Shown one piece after another: positions 35,888 to 50,913 of a stretch of DNA of 64,000 nucleotides (its first letter is position 1; each line of letters starts with the position of its first letter). The translations under genes were made by a program, and so were the position numbers. Origin of the DNA: Macrostomum lignano (Eukaryota). Under the pieces are notes generated by a model that did not search any database, had not been told where the DNA came from, and saw only the letters and a list, made by a program, of their open reading frames with translations. The stretch is taken from contig NIVC01000097.1 in the NCBI GenBank assembly GCA_002269645.1, forward strand, positions 1,712 through 65,711, given 5' to 3'.

Positions 35888-36224
35888 TTTTTAAAATGAA
35901 TCGGTAAGTTCTGGTTAAATATTAAGTAAGTACCTGAATCAAAATAACTAGAATTGACTGCGGCAAATAGTACTAAATCTCAAGACGAAACTAGCTCGAT
36001 TCTGCTTGAATTCAAAAGCCTGTATCACGAGAAGGCTGTCTATGGCAACTTTTTCTATTGTGAGTACTTTTTGAAACTTTTGAGGAAAGCTTTGCGGAAG
36101 CAAGCATCGACCTGCTAAATTTATGTGTCATAAAAACCATACATGCACTTTTGGCTTAACTAAACATTAAGCCAGTGTGATGCTTACCGGTGCTGGGCCA
36201 CTCGCCTTGCAGCTGAAGTTAAAG

Positions 36225-36494
<270 letters not shown>

Positions 36495-37175
36495 TGCCGA
36501 AGACGAACGAAGCAAAGGCTTCAATATAAGTACGTAAATGAAAAAGACCAGCTGAAGCAATACACCTTTTACCCTCGATTTTAAACTAGGAGAACTTCGA
36601 AACTGACAAACTCCTCTTCAATATTGGCACTCTATGGTCGGGCACTCAAAATATACAATCAATATTGACAGATCAGACTTTAATTTTGACAAACTCCGGC
36701 TCAATTTTTGACAATGCACGTTTAGTCAACTTCTCTTGGGAGAATTCGGTAACAAAGTAATACAATGAAAGCCTAAACGGTGCTGAAGTTATCTGTGCGA
36801 AATCGGCTTATTGTGACCTTGCTTTTGGGATCTAAAAGTATTGATTAAATTTCTTATTCTCCATCCTTTTACACACACTTACAAATAGCCTGACCGGTTG
36901 GGCCGCAAAGTTCGATTCTATTTTGACAGAGTTGCTTCAAAACTGACACTATGGTCTGTGTACCCCAAAAGTCCAAAATCAATATGATGTCACGCAGTGT
37001 CGAATATCAGTGTCGAATATCCAAAAAGACGGTGTCACGCTGTATGCGATAGGAGTCAGAAGCACGGAAGGCTTGGATGAGTGAGTCGTTTTACTTTTGT
37101 CGAAGAAAAAATTGGCACCCACGACTGCAGGTTTTGGGTGACGTTTGACGTTTGGAAATTTGTAAAAATCAATTT
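36495..37175 (+). pseudogene. Internally deleted relic of a fourth vWA paralog
   Basis: 36495-36575 matches the upstream region 17263-17340. 37013-37080 encodes SNIQKDGVTLYAIGVRSTEGLD followed by a phase-2 GTGAGT donor. 37110-37175 matches intron sequence 21706-21770. Confidence 0.75.
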
Positions 37176-37270
37176 TATTTAAGCCTATATTTAAGCCTAC
37201 AATATTTATTTATTGTTTGAACTCTTCAAAATGGGTATGCTAGCATGTTTTTGATCAATCAATCAATCAG

Positions 37271-38028
37271 CAGGGGCATCGTCATGGATTTTGTGGTGAG
37301 GGGCAAATCCAAGAATTCTACATGTACATGTACAGTGCAAGACTAAATTTCTACATGTATATTATTTTCAGAATCGGTGTTGCCAGCACTCATTTTAGCG
37401 CCGCAGGCACTCATTTTAGCGCCGCAGGCACTCATTTTAGCGCCGCAGGCACTCATTTTAGCGCCGCAGGCACTCATTTTAGCGCGGCAGGCACTCATTT
37501 TAGCGCGGCAGGCACTCATTTTAGCACCGCAGGCACTCATTTTAGCGCGCAGGCACTCATTTTAGCGCCGCAGGCACTCATTTTAGCGCGGCAGGCACTC
37601 ATTTTAGCGCGGCAGGCACTCATTTTAGCGCCGCAGGCACTCATTTTAGCGCGGCAGGCACTCATTTTAGCGCCGCAGGCACTCATTTTAGCGCGCAGGC
37701 ACTCATTTTAGCGCTGCAGGCACTCATTTTAGCGCGGTAGGCACTAATTTTAGCGCCGCAGGCACTCATTTTAGCGCGGCAGGCACTCATTTTAGCGCGG
37801 CAGGCACTCATTTTAGCGCGGCAGGCACTCATTTTAGCGCGGCAGGCACTCATTTTAGCGCGGCAGGCACTCATTTTGGTGCCTCAGGCGCTATGTTTTG
37901 TCGCCCTGAAGCAAAATTATTGATTTCCATAACAAGTCAAGAAAGGTGGGGTTGGGGACAAAGCATTGGCATGTCCTTTTTACTGGGGGGAAATGTCTCA
38001 CCTGCCCCCCCCGGTGGCGACGCCCCTG
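37271..38028. mobile_element. hAT-like MITE carrying a 21-bp minisatellite (gcaggcactcattttagcgc[c/g], 37383-37878)
   Basis: TIR CAGGGGCATCGTCA / TGGCGACGCCCCTG; about 23 internal units; no clear TSD. Confidence 0.65.
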
Positions 38029-38099
38029 ATTTCAAGGTGGTTTACGGAAAGAAGAAATCTATAACTAAAACTCTAGCTTTTTTTATACAGAAATCCTTG

Positions 38100-38337
38100 C
38101 ATGGGGCATGGGTGGCATGGGGTATGAGGGGTATGAGTAAATGAGGGCATAAGTAAATGAGGGCATGAGTAAATGAGGGCATGAGTAAATGAGGGCATGA
38201 GTAAATGAGGGCATGAGTAAATGAGGGCATGAGTAAATGAGGGCATGAGTAAATGAGGGCATGAGTAATGAGGGCATGAGTAATGAGGGCATGAGTAAAT
38301 GAGGGCATGAGTAAATGAGGGCATGAGTAAATGAGGG
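38100..38337 (+). repeat. 16-bp minisatellite (gagggcatgagtaaat)n, related to the 9-bp ggggcatga array
   Basis: About 13 units; related motif at 27480-27540. Confidence 0.9.
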
Positions 38338-38346
38338 GCCCTCGTT

Positions 38347-38682
38347 GGGTCGCCATCATAAACCCGAAAAATCACAACTCCGAAGGCACTTCCCATCATA
38401 AACCCGAAAGATCGCAAACCCGAAAGATCGCAAACCCGAAAGATCACAAACCCGAAGTACTCGTATCACAAACCCGAAATATCATAACTCGGAAAGTGTT
38501 AGCAACGCTCATCACAAACCCGAAATATCATTGCTAGAACTTTCGGGTTTATGATATTTCGGGTTTATGATATTTCGGGTTTATGATATTTCGGGTTTAT
38601 GATATTTCGGGTTTGTGATATTTCGGGTTTATGATGAAAAGCGCTTTTCAGAGTTGTGATTTTTCGGGTTTGTGATGCCCCC
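38347..38682. mobile_element. Foldback-type MITE with arms built of aaacccgaaa repeats
   Basis: Left arm catcataaacccgaaaaatcacaactccgaa; right arm is its reverse complement with tandem tttcgggttt(a/g)tgata units. Confidence 0.75.
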
Positions 38683-41600
38683 TGTATAACCTGCTGTATG
38701 CGCTTGCTGTGTTTGAAGTCAAGGACTACTATAGACTAGACGAAGTGTTCTAGATCATTCTTAGTGGCCCTTTTATGAAGCATGTAGAAACTTCATGCTT
38801 GTTCATAATGAACTTCATGTATGTAAGAACCAGGGACTATACTAATTTAGTAGTCCCTGATAGGAACCTCATGCATTGAACTGGAGTTATACCTATAATA
38901 ATGGCTTAAGAGTACCTGAATGCAACATTTTTATTACAAATATACTTGATTCAAGAAGGAACGAGACAAAAAGTTAGCGAATGCCACATGAGAGGATCTA
39001 CAACTTTTCGGCTTAATGAATAAAAAGAAAATAATAGGAAATTAAAAGTTTAAGTTTTACTACACAGCTATATCTTCACTGCCCAGATCAAATGCAACCT
39101 GTGATTATGGGATGAAATAATCATTTTTATGTGATGAAATAGATTTTTCCTATCTCCGCAGTGCATTTTTCCAGGAAATTGGCCTCCAGAAATTATACGA
39201 TTTGTTGGTTTTATGGCCTGTTATACTATAATTGTAAATTGCATAGAAATATATTTAGCCAATGCTTGCTTTGCATTGCATTCTGTTTCAATATTGATAA
39301 CCTTACAAATGCTCTTGTGCTAATCTAATCAACATACTAATTGTTTACCGTAACACTAATCACACTACTTCTAGTAGCTGAAGCATGTATTTGTCTAAAA
39401 AGCCAAAAGTCTTCTCCCAAATTTGATTTAAAGCACTGACTGGATCCAATTGTTTTGATTTCTTGGCTGATCTGCACGCGCGCGGTTTCTGGGCAAGGGG
39501 TAAGCGGAAGGCTTGGCATTGATATGTTTATCCGGCGCTGTCCGCTGTATGTAGGCGGGGGTCAGGTGCTTTGGCTGATGGGGTTCGGGGCAGTTGATAA
39601 GAACCTTGCCGCGCAGCTGCAAGATCTATATGTATGACGCAACAGCTTCGGCAGCCTGTCAAAATAGCATGGAAAGAATGGACACAGTCTGTAGACAGAA
39701 TTTAACTTTAACATCTCTTGGAAGAGTGAAATTGAAATAAGAAGATCATTGTGAGCTAGGATCTACATTCGCTGGGAACAGGGTGTAGAGGCCATAATTC
39801 AATTCGCTTTTCATCTAATTCCAATTCGGACAAGCTGCGAGATTCGATATAACACTCCCAAATCACCATCGCAGCATCCATCATCACCTCTGCAGCCATC
39901 TTGCGTGCTAAACCTAATCTAAGCAGATTTTATCGGGCCCATGGGCCCGTACTCTGGTAGCGCTCTCATGCTCTGCCTTACTGGAAAGAAGTTCGCTTGG
40001 AGATTTAGTTGAGAATGAGGAGGCGAGACAAGCAATCGGAGAGGGTGACGGTTGGGATCTAATCGAAATGGAGGCAGCTTAGGCCCCGTCCCGCTAGCTG
40101 CAACTCTTCAGACCAGCCGATTACGCAATCACTTAGTCCCTAGACTCCCCTACCGAAATCCGAAGGGCCTTCACTACTGCGTGCCCTCCTCGCATTCGAT
40201 TCCTCCCTTTGTTGACTATTAAAAGCGATCTCTCTCCCCATTCTCAGACGAGTTTTATGGGCCTGGGGGCCTCACAGCGCTGAATCAATTGTGTAGATGC
40301 GACCAGTTGCTAATTACAAGCATCGATGGCCCTCATTTTTCCTATTAATCTATTAATTTTATCTTTAATGTTAACTATAGTCATGTCCATGCAGCAAAAC
40401 CCTCTCGTGCTGTAATTACATGTAAGGGCCTTGCAGTTGTACAAAGGAGACAAACCTAATTACATTCTAGATCGTTTTCCTGTTACCGCTTGAACGAATG
40501 CCCCTTTTGCTTGCTGACTGGTGCACACCGCATGTGAGCTTGCGTGTTGCTTGCTTGAGAAAGCCGGTCTATGCTTTCGTTGGTCATTGAGACCCTCTGT
40601 GTTTTTAATTGCAAGCTTGCTGGCTATAGTCTAGAGATCATGACATTTAGATTTCGGTTGCCACGCTCATTGTCTCTTAGCCTGGGAAAAAGAGTCATTG
40701 GCGGCGAAACTTTAAGAAGCTTGGGGAGTGGAAATTCGAGGAATGGGAAGTTTGGAAGCGCAAAACTTCCTGAAATACTGTCTGTCTATGCGCAAAACTT
40801 CCTGAAATACTGTCTGTCTATTCACTGCATCGTTTCGTTTCTACTAGAATTGGGTGGCCGCAGGTCTTTTATAACAAGTATAGTTCTTTTTGTGTGTGTA
40901 TGAGGCAGGGAGCTTAAGCGACATTGTCACACAACCGGCGAGAGGCATTACTGGCCAAGTTCCGTCGACTCCCTGAGCAGGCACACAAGAGCGCGGACAC
41001 GTACGCAGTCATACACACACAGGCACACGTTCACACAGGAGTGTACACAGGGACCCTGACTTTATTTATCGTTGGGCATGTACACTTCACTGTGCCTTGG
41101 GGGTTGGCTCTCAAGGCCGTTAATTGCACGAGTAGACCCAAGCAAAATTAGTATGGCTGCACTTGAGATCGAGCACGGGCCACTGGTACGTTAGTGGTAC
41201 GTAAGACCACTTTACGCCACGCTAGACCACTTGGCTCTGGTCCTCCCCATGTTCCAAGTCTTGCTTTGCAAGACAAATTTAAAATGCAGATAAGCTCCTG
41301 TCTTTATCTGTTTTATAAAATTCTCTCAAAATCCATTCCACGGCCTCTCTTATCCCTCGCTATTTCACCCATTTCCCAAGCAGTAAGTCTGCATCCCTCC
41401 TTCCCTGCATCCTGATCCAGCAACAAGCTCGGCCATTAAACGTTCCGGCGTAAAACTTGGGAAAAGCTAATTTCGTGCGAAAAGCCGAGCTTAAACCATA
41501 AAATCCGGGCCAGCTTTACAGGGCCCCTAATAACTAGGAAGCATCTGCTGTCCTCAGAGGAAACTACTATATGCAGTTTGCCCGGCTGAAGGCAAAAGTC

Positions 41601-42842
41601 AGCAATTTTTCTTCTTTTCTTCTGCATCTGCGCAATAGCGTTCCCTAAAGAGTGGAACGAACTCTGAGGGAATCGAGCGATTTGTAGCGAATTAAAGTCT
41701 TGCTTCCATCGTTTTGTGGACTTTGCCAACTGACTATTCTAGCTCGCAACGAGTGGCACGGGTAACAGGCGATCTGATTATGCATATTTTTATATCTTGC
41801 ATTGGAACGCAATTTCAGACAAACTGTTGCACAAATTTCAAATATCAATTGCAGTCAAAACTTCGAGTCCAAAATTGCGACCAAATTTTTGTGCAAGTTG
41901 TTACACGGTCTCTGTACGATATTCTAATATAAAATGCACTGACTTTGTCCGGGCACAGACTCAGCTATCAAGGGCCATTCGAGGGTGAGTAAGAGTGAGA
42001 ACGAGTAGTTGAGCAGGAAGAGTGTTTGCTTGACTTAACGGACAGTAGTGCTTTCCTTCATTGGACTGCCTGAGCTCACAGTAGGCTATAGTAGGAGAGC
42101 AAAGCAAAGAAGTGAAATACGCTGTGGCATATATTAAGGTAGAAAAAATAAGAATGCCCCTTGGCGTGCTCAAAGATTTACTGACAAACAAAGGCAAACC
42201 CTAGCGTCTTTCAAGACTCTGGTCTAGAGTCCAGGCAGGCCTCTTTAACCGAGGCGCTCGCCTCCGCTCTCCGTTTTTCAAAGCTTCCACAAAAATCTCC
42301 TCAATTCAAGTCAGAGATCTCGTCCGTACTCCTCCGTGTCTGGAAGGGGGGCCTCTTGCTCAGCCTTCGCTCTTCTCGCTCACACGCCCTGTCTGTCTGT
42401 CTGCCCTTGCTCTCAACACGCACCGCCCCCCCCTCTGAGTCAAGGGGAAGACCAGCTAGCAGTGAGAACAGGCGACTGTGTTGGGGTGGAGCGCTTGCGT
42501 GCTGACTGGTTCAGCATGGCCAGCCACCCCACTCCCCAATTCTCTCTGTCTGGCCCCCTACCAACCCTAAATAGCCATTCCCCGTGCCTCCTCCAATGGT
42601 TGAAAAAGGCCCACTTGCAAAGGACTAACAAACGTCTACCAACAAACGGGCATCAAATAAAATACAAGAAGCCAATAAAGTGTTTGGTCAAATCAATATA
42701 CATTGCCTATCTTAATTCCAGGAATATTTTGAAATAGCAAACTAAAGTAATGCGATCGGCTCAAGCCTAGGGCAGACTACAGCCTTCATGCCGCCACACG
42801 GTTGAAAAAAAGACATTGTCAAGCAGAACTGCCAGGATCACT

Positions 42843-45800
42843 ATGCAGGCAGCTGTTCTGCTGCTCAGTCTGCTGCTGTTGAGTGTCCAACGAAAGTCGT
42901 CAGCCGCTGGCGTCACATTCCACGTAGAGGAGAACGGATCCCAACCCGACCTGCTAGTTGGCAACGTGAAGTCGGATGATTGCGTGGCGCCTTTCAACTC
43001 GTTCAATATCGAGTCGAACAAGTTCAGCCTGGACTCCGGCACTGGCGACATTAAAACAAAGATTCGCTTGGACAGAGAGCAGCGCGCCGCGTACAGCTTT
43101 CACGTGATTTGCGGTGACTCGGTTGTCAGCGTCACGGTGCTAGTCGACGACAAGAACGATTGCTATCCGACATTTCAAAACGCGTCTATCATGCTGCGCC
43201 GACCGGAGAGCATTCCCACTCCGACCTCCCTGCCACTCACGTACGTAGAGGACTTGGATTCGCCTGAGAACTCCATTGATCGAGTCGAGGTGACGTCGGG
43301 CAATGATGACAACCGATTTAGCGTCCAGCTGCAGGCACAGTCGGGTAGGCCAACTCGGTTTGATGTTATCCTTGTGCTCCAGACTCCTCTAGATTACGAA
43401 TCTGCGGCATTGCACCAGCTGCAGTTGACGGCTTTTGACAAGCGGGGCCTGACCGCCATTGCCAGCGTCACTATCTACGTCGATAACGTCAACGATGAAA
43501 AGCCAATATTTTCGCTGCCGCTATATTCGGCAAACGTGTCGGAAAATGCTACAGTTGGCACAGAGATTCTTCAGGTTCGAGCAACCGATCGCGATCTGGG
43601 AGATTTCAATACGGTCAGGTACTACATTAATTATGAGGTGTCTGACCCCAACAGACACTTTAGGATTGACCCAGTATCTGGAAGTATTCGACTAGATAAG
43701 CCGCTGGATTACGAGCTGCGGCAGCTTCACTCGGTTGTAGTTATAGCAACAGACGGTGTCAACAATAGCACCGCCAATGTCATCGTTCGCATTGCTGACA
43801 TCAATGACAGGCCGCCTCAAATAACATTTTTGAACCTCACGACGGGCAGTCTGACCCAGAATGCCATGCTTGGACAGCCGATCATTCGAGTCGAAGTTCG
43901 CGACCCTGACAGGCCAACAGATCCGGTAGAGGTCCGTCTGTCCGCGCCGTTCAAATCATTCAAGTTAGTGCCGTTGGAGACAAATATCTTCGTGATTCAA
44001 GTCGACGCACAGCTTAGTCCGCGGGTTTACAAATTGGTTTTAACCGCCACTGATGCTGGCAACCCGCCTTTAAGTGTCGCCACAACAATTGACATTCCCG
44101 TTCTCGCAAGCAATGATCACGTGCCAGTCTTTCAAAAACCAATCTACCACGTGGCCACTAGCCAGTCAGTAATTGCTGGCAATCAACTTATTCGAGTTCT
44201 TGCCACCGATCCAGATGGAACAGCCGTATCGTATTCATTAACAGCCTCACCTGCGGACAAGGGTCTATTCGACATTGACGCAAGCACGGGCTGGGTGAAA
44301 ATTGGCATTAGACCGCTGTCCTGCGGCTCATTCACTGTCCAGCTGCACGCCAGGGACGCTGGTACGCCGCAAAAAACGGGCAATGCCACTCTAGTTGTGT
44401 TCGTCACTGGCAGCAATCAGTACCCGCCTCGCTTCTCCAAACCATTCTATTCGGTTTCTCTGCCGACTGTGAGTGTCTCGTCATGCTTCTCCCAAGTGCA
44501 AGCAGCAGACAGAGACTGTGGCGCAGCGCTTAGCTACACATTTCAAAGCAGCATGTCTGATGCGTACGGGCCCGCGTTTGAGTCAGCATATTCAATAGAT
44601 AGCTATACGGGCTATATTTGCGTGAAGAATGCAACAAGAGTACTGGCATTTGGAAGCTGGATTGATTTTCCCATGAAGGTGGTTGACTCAGCGGCTGGGG
44701 TTACAAGAGAGAGCTATTCACTCATACGGCTTGTCATCACTGATGCTACCCCCAGCAGTGGCTTTACAAAGCGATTCCCTTTTACAAGCTATCGATTGGA
44801 TATCAGCGAGAACTATCCAGTCCACAGCGTTCTTGTGGATGTTGCCGCCATCGGCGGCTCAGAATATTTTCTTGCTGGCGCAAGCAGTCACTTTGCATTA
44901 TATGTCAATGGTACGCTTGCATTGACTAATCCTTTAGATTACGAGAATGGCCCCAGGGAGTTTTCTCTCACAGTGAATTCACCGGGTGTACCCGGAAATT
45001 TGATAGTTAGCCTGCATGTTGTCAACGAGAATGATAATTACCCAGATTGCTCAGGCGTAGTCAAAGAGCTTTCAGTAGCAGACAGCTCTAAGCCTTTCTC
45101 TAAAATTGCTCAGCTCAACTGCCAGGACCCAGACAATGGGCCCGGGCCTTTTTATGCGGGTAATTTTGACCACTTTATCCTGAGCACTAGCGGAGCTCTC
45201 ACAGTCAGAGACAGCTTGACTCATCTGGCTGGAGAGACGGTGGGCCTCTTCGTTCGCGCCTGCGATCCGGACAACCAATGCGTCAATTTTACTTTGAGCA
45301 TAAACATCTACGACACGAATGACCACGCTCCGGTGTTCTCACAGCCAGCCGGCTACTGGTTCAAAGTGAAGGAGGGTGCCGCAGTGGGAAGCAGACTGGG
45401 CGCCACGCAAGCAACCGACAGAGATCTAGGCGCTAACGGGCTTGTTAAGTATTCGCTTCTTTCTTCTACCGATGTGTTTACGATTGGCTCAACAGACGGA
45501 GTACTGAAAACTGCAGTCGAATTGGATCGCGAAAAAGTCAGCTCCTACTCAGTTCAAATTGTCGCCCACGACTCTGGGAGTCCAAGTAGAAGTACAACGG
45601 TTCAAGCTGCAGTAGTTATCCAGGATGTGAACGACGTTGCACCAAGATTTCGACTACCACAGTATCAAATTAGCGTGTCCGATTTGACACCAGTGGCTTC
45701 CACACTGATTGTTGTTGACGCGGCGGACCCTGATCTGGGAATTGGAGGCTCTTTGTTCTATTTTCTAAAGGGTGCTGCAGCAGAATTCGTCAGCGTGCAC

Positions 45801-48264
45801 CGCATTACCGGTGTCATCTCAGTCACAAAGCAACTGCCAGTTGGCACCTTGGGTGGGCAGCTCACTGTCTACGACGGGGAGGGACTAAGCAGCTATGCAC
45901 TCTTGTCAATCACTGTCAACTCAGTTCCGGAGTGGCCGAACACCACTGTCACAATGGCTGTGAGTGAGTCAGCGAGTGTCGGATCTCTAGTGGGTCAGAT
46001 TCTATCCCCGTCTCAAAAAACATACTATACAATACTGAAAGCCGCTGACGGTGCTATCTGGCTCTCTGTCAATTCTGGCAATGTTTACATCAACCGGCCT
46101 CTTGATAGAGAAACCGCGCCCTATCACGATTACGAAGTGTTGATGACGGACGCTGCAGAGAAGGGATTGGGCCGGCCGCAGACAGCCAGGGTGGCACTGA
46201 GAATTTACGTGCTGGACGAAAATGACAACTCGCCAGAGTTTCCTGAGTTGGCCAGGTCCCCCACAATTATCGTGGCTGAAGACACGCCGAGCGGATCGGT
46301 TGTGTTCTCATTTGATGCAACCGACGCAGACTTTGGGTTGAACGGTACGATTCGATACCAACTGGCCTCAGCGAGCTCTATATTTTACCTTGATGAGACC
46401 ACTGGAAAGCTGTTTACCCGCCAGGCTCTCGATCGGGAAACAACTGGTGAACGAGTTCAAGTTGGAATAATAGCTGTAGACAACTGTCAGGAGGTCCCAA
46501 TGTGCTTCCGAACTGAACCGGCAGTTCTGACTGTCATAATTAAAGATATTAACGAGCACACGCCAAGCCTATCGTTCGACGGAGATGCTTTCTATATTGT
46601 CTCAGACGAGCCAGATGCCATCATAGCTCACGTTGAAGGAGTCGACCAAGATTCTGGCGCAAATGGCTCAATATCATATAGCCTGAGCCAAGAGACCGAA
46701 GCTAAGATAGATAATTATGGCTTGATTCGCCTCCAAGCACCCAACACTCAGCCGATAGTAGTAAATGTCACAGTCATGGACGGAGTTCCGGGGAGCTTGG
46801 GCCGATCTAACTGGAAGGTTCACACCATTCCAATTAAAACCTTATCCAGCCGAAGCACTCCAAAGTTCAGCAAATCAGCCTACTCAGTAAGCATCAGCTC
46901 CCGATCCTCGAAGGGCCAGGATGTTCTTCAGCTTCAGATTAAGCCATTCAATGGTCCAGTAGACTTTCGAATCCCGTCCGGACTTCTAAACAATTTGTTC
47001 GTCGTAGATTCGGTCAGTGGCCAGGTTCGTCTGGGGCGCACCCTGCCGCAGACCGTATCGAGTCAGTCAGCCTACTCACTGACTGCCATCGTGTCCGATC
47101 GAGTGAACCCTCTGCAACTGGACCTGTGTGAGGTCTCAATCACCCTGCTGGACTCTAATGATCATTCTCCGACGTTTCTGACTGCCTACTATACGGAAGT
47201 ACCGGAAGGACAGGCTTTCACGGACATTCTCACGCTGGCAGCCTACGACTTGGACCGGGGTCCGGCGGGTTATATCATCTACTCAATGGAAGGAAGCAAC
47301 GGGCGATTCATCCTTGATCCCAGAAGCGGCCGCTTGTCTTGCGCCGCTCTCGACAGTCAGGTGGCTTCGCAGTACCTCCTAAATATCACTGCAACAGATG
47401 GCGGAGGTCGAACTGGCAGAACCACGGCAACAATTAGAATCCTGCCAGTGAATCGATTCGCGCCGACTTTCCAGAGTAGCCGATACACCGCCTCTGTTTC
47501 GGAGTCTGCTCCTGTTGGGACTTCGATTGTGAATGTCACCGCGTTGGACAGGGACACCGGTGAAAACGGCCGGGTCGGCTACGCAATCCTGGGCAAGTCG
47601 GACACTTTTAGTCTGAATCCGGACACCGGGGAGATCAAGCTGGCCAAGCCACTCGATAAAGAGCGCCAGCCTTTTGTGTCGATCGTCGTGAAAGCCGTCG
47701 ACGGCAGCCCGGTGAACCCGATGTCCTCCCTAGTTAGTGTTGACGTTGAAATTCTCGATGGCAACGATCAACGTCCGATATTTCAGCAGACCTACTATAG
47801 TCTGCGCGTGTCTAGAAGTCTGGCCGTCAGCTCCCTGCTGACTACCCTTCGTGCAACAGACGATGACAGCTCGCCAGGCAACAGCGCTGTCAGCTACAGC
47901 ATTGAGAAGAACGACTACGTCGCCGTGAACTCGGCTACCGGACAGGCCACTCTGATTCGAAGTCTGTCAGCAGGTGAAGCTGTCTACTCGTTCGCTGTCC
48001 GGGCCAGCGACTCCGGTACCCCTCGACCGCTGCACTCGGAGACGGTGCTGCTGCTACAGCTCGGCGCGCCCCCGTCGCCAGTCCTGGTCTTCGTCTCGGC
48101 AAATTATTCAGCCAGCTTAGCTGAGAACTCGCCGCCTGGCCGGTGCGTTCTGGACGCGGCGGCCTCCGCCAGGTGCCTCTCCGTTGCTACCGTGCCGCCA
48201 GCCAGTCAGTACAAGATCGTTGGCGGAAATGAGGACCAACTGTTTGCCATCGATTCGACCACAG
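42843..48264 (+). CDS. ds: Dachsous-like giant protocadherin, coding exon 1 (5422 nt: signal peptide + ~17.5 cadherin repeats)
   Basis: Uninterrupted ORF. First ATG at 42843 (42816 is TTG). Signal peptide MQAAVLLLSLLLLSV. Repeated LDRE/LDYE, DxD and DxNDxxP motifs. INYEVSDPNRHFRID and DINDRPPQITFL resemble Dachsous EC3/EC4 from memory (a Fat4-like identity is not excluded). Donor G|GTGAGC. Confidence 0.85.
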
Positions 48265-50217
48265 GTGAGCTGGGGCTTTATCTGAACTTTGTTTAGCTCG
48301 TACGCACGGTTCCACGGGATTTCTGGCTGAATTAGACAAGCCATGAAGAGCGCAGCCGCTCTTGAAATTATTTTCTGTCTGCTTGGCAAGGGCTGCTGCA
48401 GATAGAAGGCTGAAAAACATTCCACTTTGCATGCAGGCGGGCCTTACTTCGCGATCAAGCGAGTGTGCACAGGCAGTTTGTGCTTGAAATCGTCAGTAAT
48501 CCACTTCTTACGCTTGACGAAACAGAATACTCCCCCCTCTGCCGTTCCGTATAGGAACCAGCATAATTCGTGGGATAAAACCTATGGGATGAGGTCGGAG
48601 GAAGAGAGGCTAACGCTAACGCAAAACGAATGAAATCCTCTCTTTGAAGATTGAAAGTGAGAAAAAAACAATGAAAAAGCGGGGGGATTATTATGTTTTC
48701 AATCAAGCCTGACAAGCGGAAGGCAATGAAAAATAGGGAATGAAATCCCTATTTATTTTCTGAGCAACGGAACTGAAGCTTAAATAATCGGGCTACTAGC
48801 TTAGTCATTTTCGTAATTGGTCGCGCTGAAGAATGGGCGAATGATCAATGGCACAGAATTGAATAATGGGTGTCGAGTAAATAGAGCTGGGAGTCAGTAG
48901 CGGTGCCCCGGTGTGACCCAATCCGCGGCTGAAATTCCCAACAACGGGCCAGTAGAAGCCTAGCAAGTATAAATTGCCGCTTTTCTATCAACTCTACCCA
49001 GTCACCCTATCCGCCTTGGCATCTTCTTAGTCCAGTTTTTTCCTCTGGGAGTAATCGCTTCCGACTGGAAACTCAAAGAATGAAGAGAGAGAGAAGTGAC
49101 TAGACGGAAAGAAGTCGAGAAGTCCCAGAAACTCATTGGCTAACAACTTTTCATCCTGAGGGAAAGTTTCTTAGAAGCTTCCAGGCAATTTGAATTTCCA
49201 TGCATATCGTTAAGTGCCGTGGGTTCTGCGACACTTTTAGCTGTGCCTTGGCAGCTTCTGGAAGCCATATATGAATGACGCCGATTTGATAGAGTCGAAC
49301 TGGTTCACTCCTTACTCAAATGCACCCACTCATTTTTCTGGCGCGTGTATTTCCATGCTTCTACGAGTAGTTGAGAAGAATTCCCACAAGTTGAGTTCAA
49401 AATTACTCTTTAGGAGAGAGCGAGAGAGGAGGAGCTAGAGTCTTGCGGTCTCACGGTAAGAAGTTGAAAATTATTGACTGCAGAAGCATGTAGCTGTTCC
49501 ACGGGAATAATTCTTTAGACTCTGTTAGTGCGCTCGTGGCATCAATCAGATCGAAGTTCGGATGGCTAGGGAGGAACTTTTCTATCAATTTTTAACCTCC
49601 CCCGGTCGTACCCATTGCAGTCACTGCATCAATGCCTGTATGATATTAATACGACAGGCTGGCATTGCAACGCACTGGCGAGCTGCGGTCGGCTGCTAAG
49701 CCAGCTCTTTCTCTCCATTTCAAAGAGAAAATTGGCCACAGAAAATTTTGCAGCGCCCCATTCCTTGCTGCTTTTAATGCATTACCTATACCTACCTTCC
49801 AGCAGCAGCCATTTTTTGCATTGCTTTTTTGGAGAGGGTTTCCCACTTGAGAGCGAAGCCATAGGGGGGGGGGGTTGGCTGGCAGAGCTGAGAGCCGCGC
49901 CCAAGAGGCTTCTATTAAGGTCTAGCGCGCACAAATAAAGCTCCACTTTTTACTATTCTCTTTTTGAGAATCGAGCCAAGTGAAGGCACTTCTTCTCGAA
50001 GGAGAAAGAGAAAGAGAAGCTTGACGAGGAGGACAATAAATGCAACCTTTGAGGCCACCCAGGTTTCCTAATTCGATTTGAATTTTCTTCTAAGTAGTAT
50101 CATTTATTGGAGAGCAGATCCCAGATGCACTTGACTGGCGTTTGCTGGGGCTTCATTCTCAATAATAATTGATGCTCAGTCAAGCTGCACTTGGTGTAGT
50201 TGGATTTTGGTACATAC

Positions 50218-50913
<696 letters not shown>

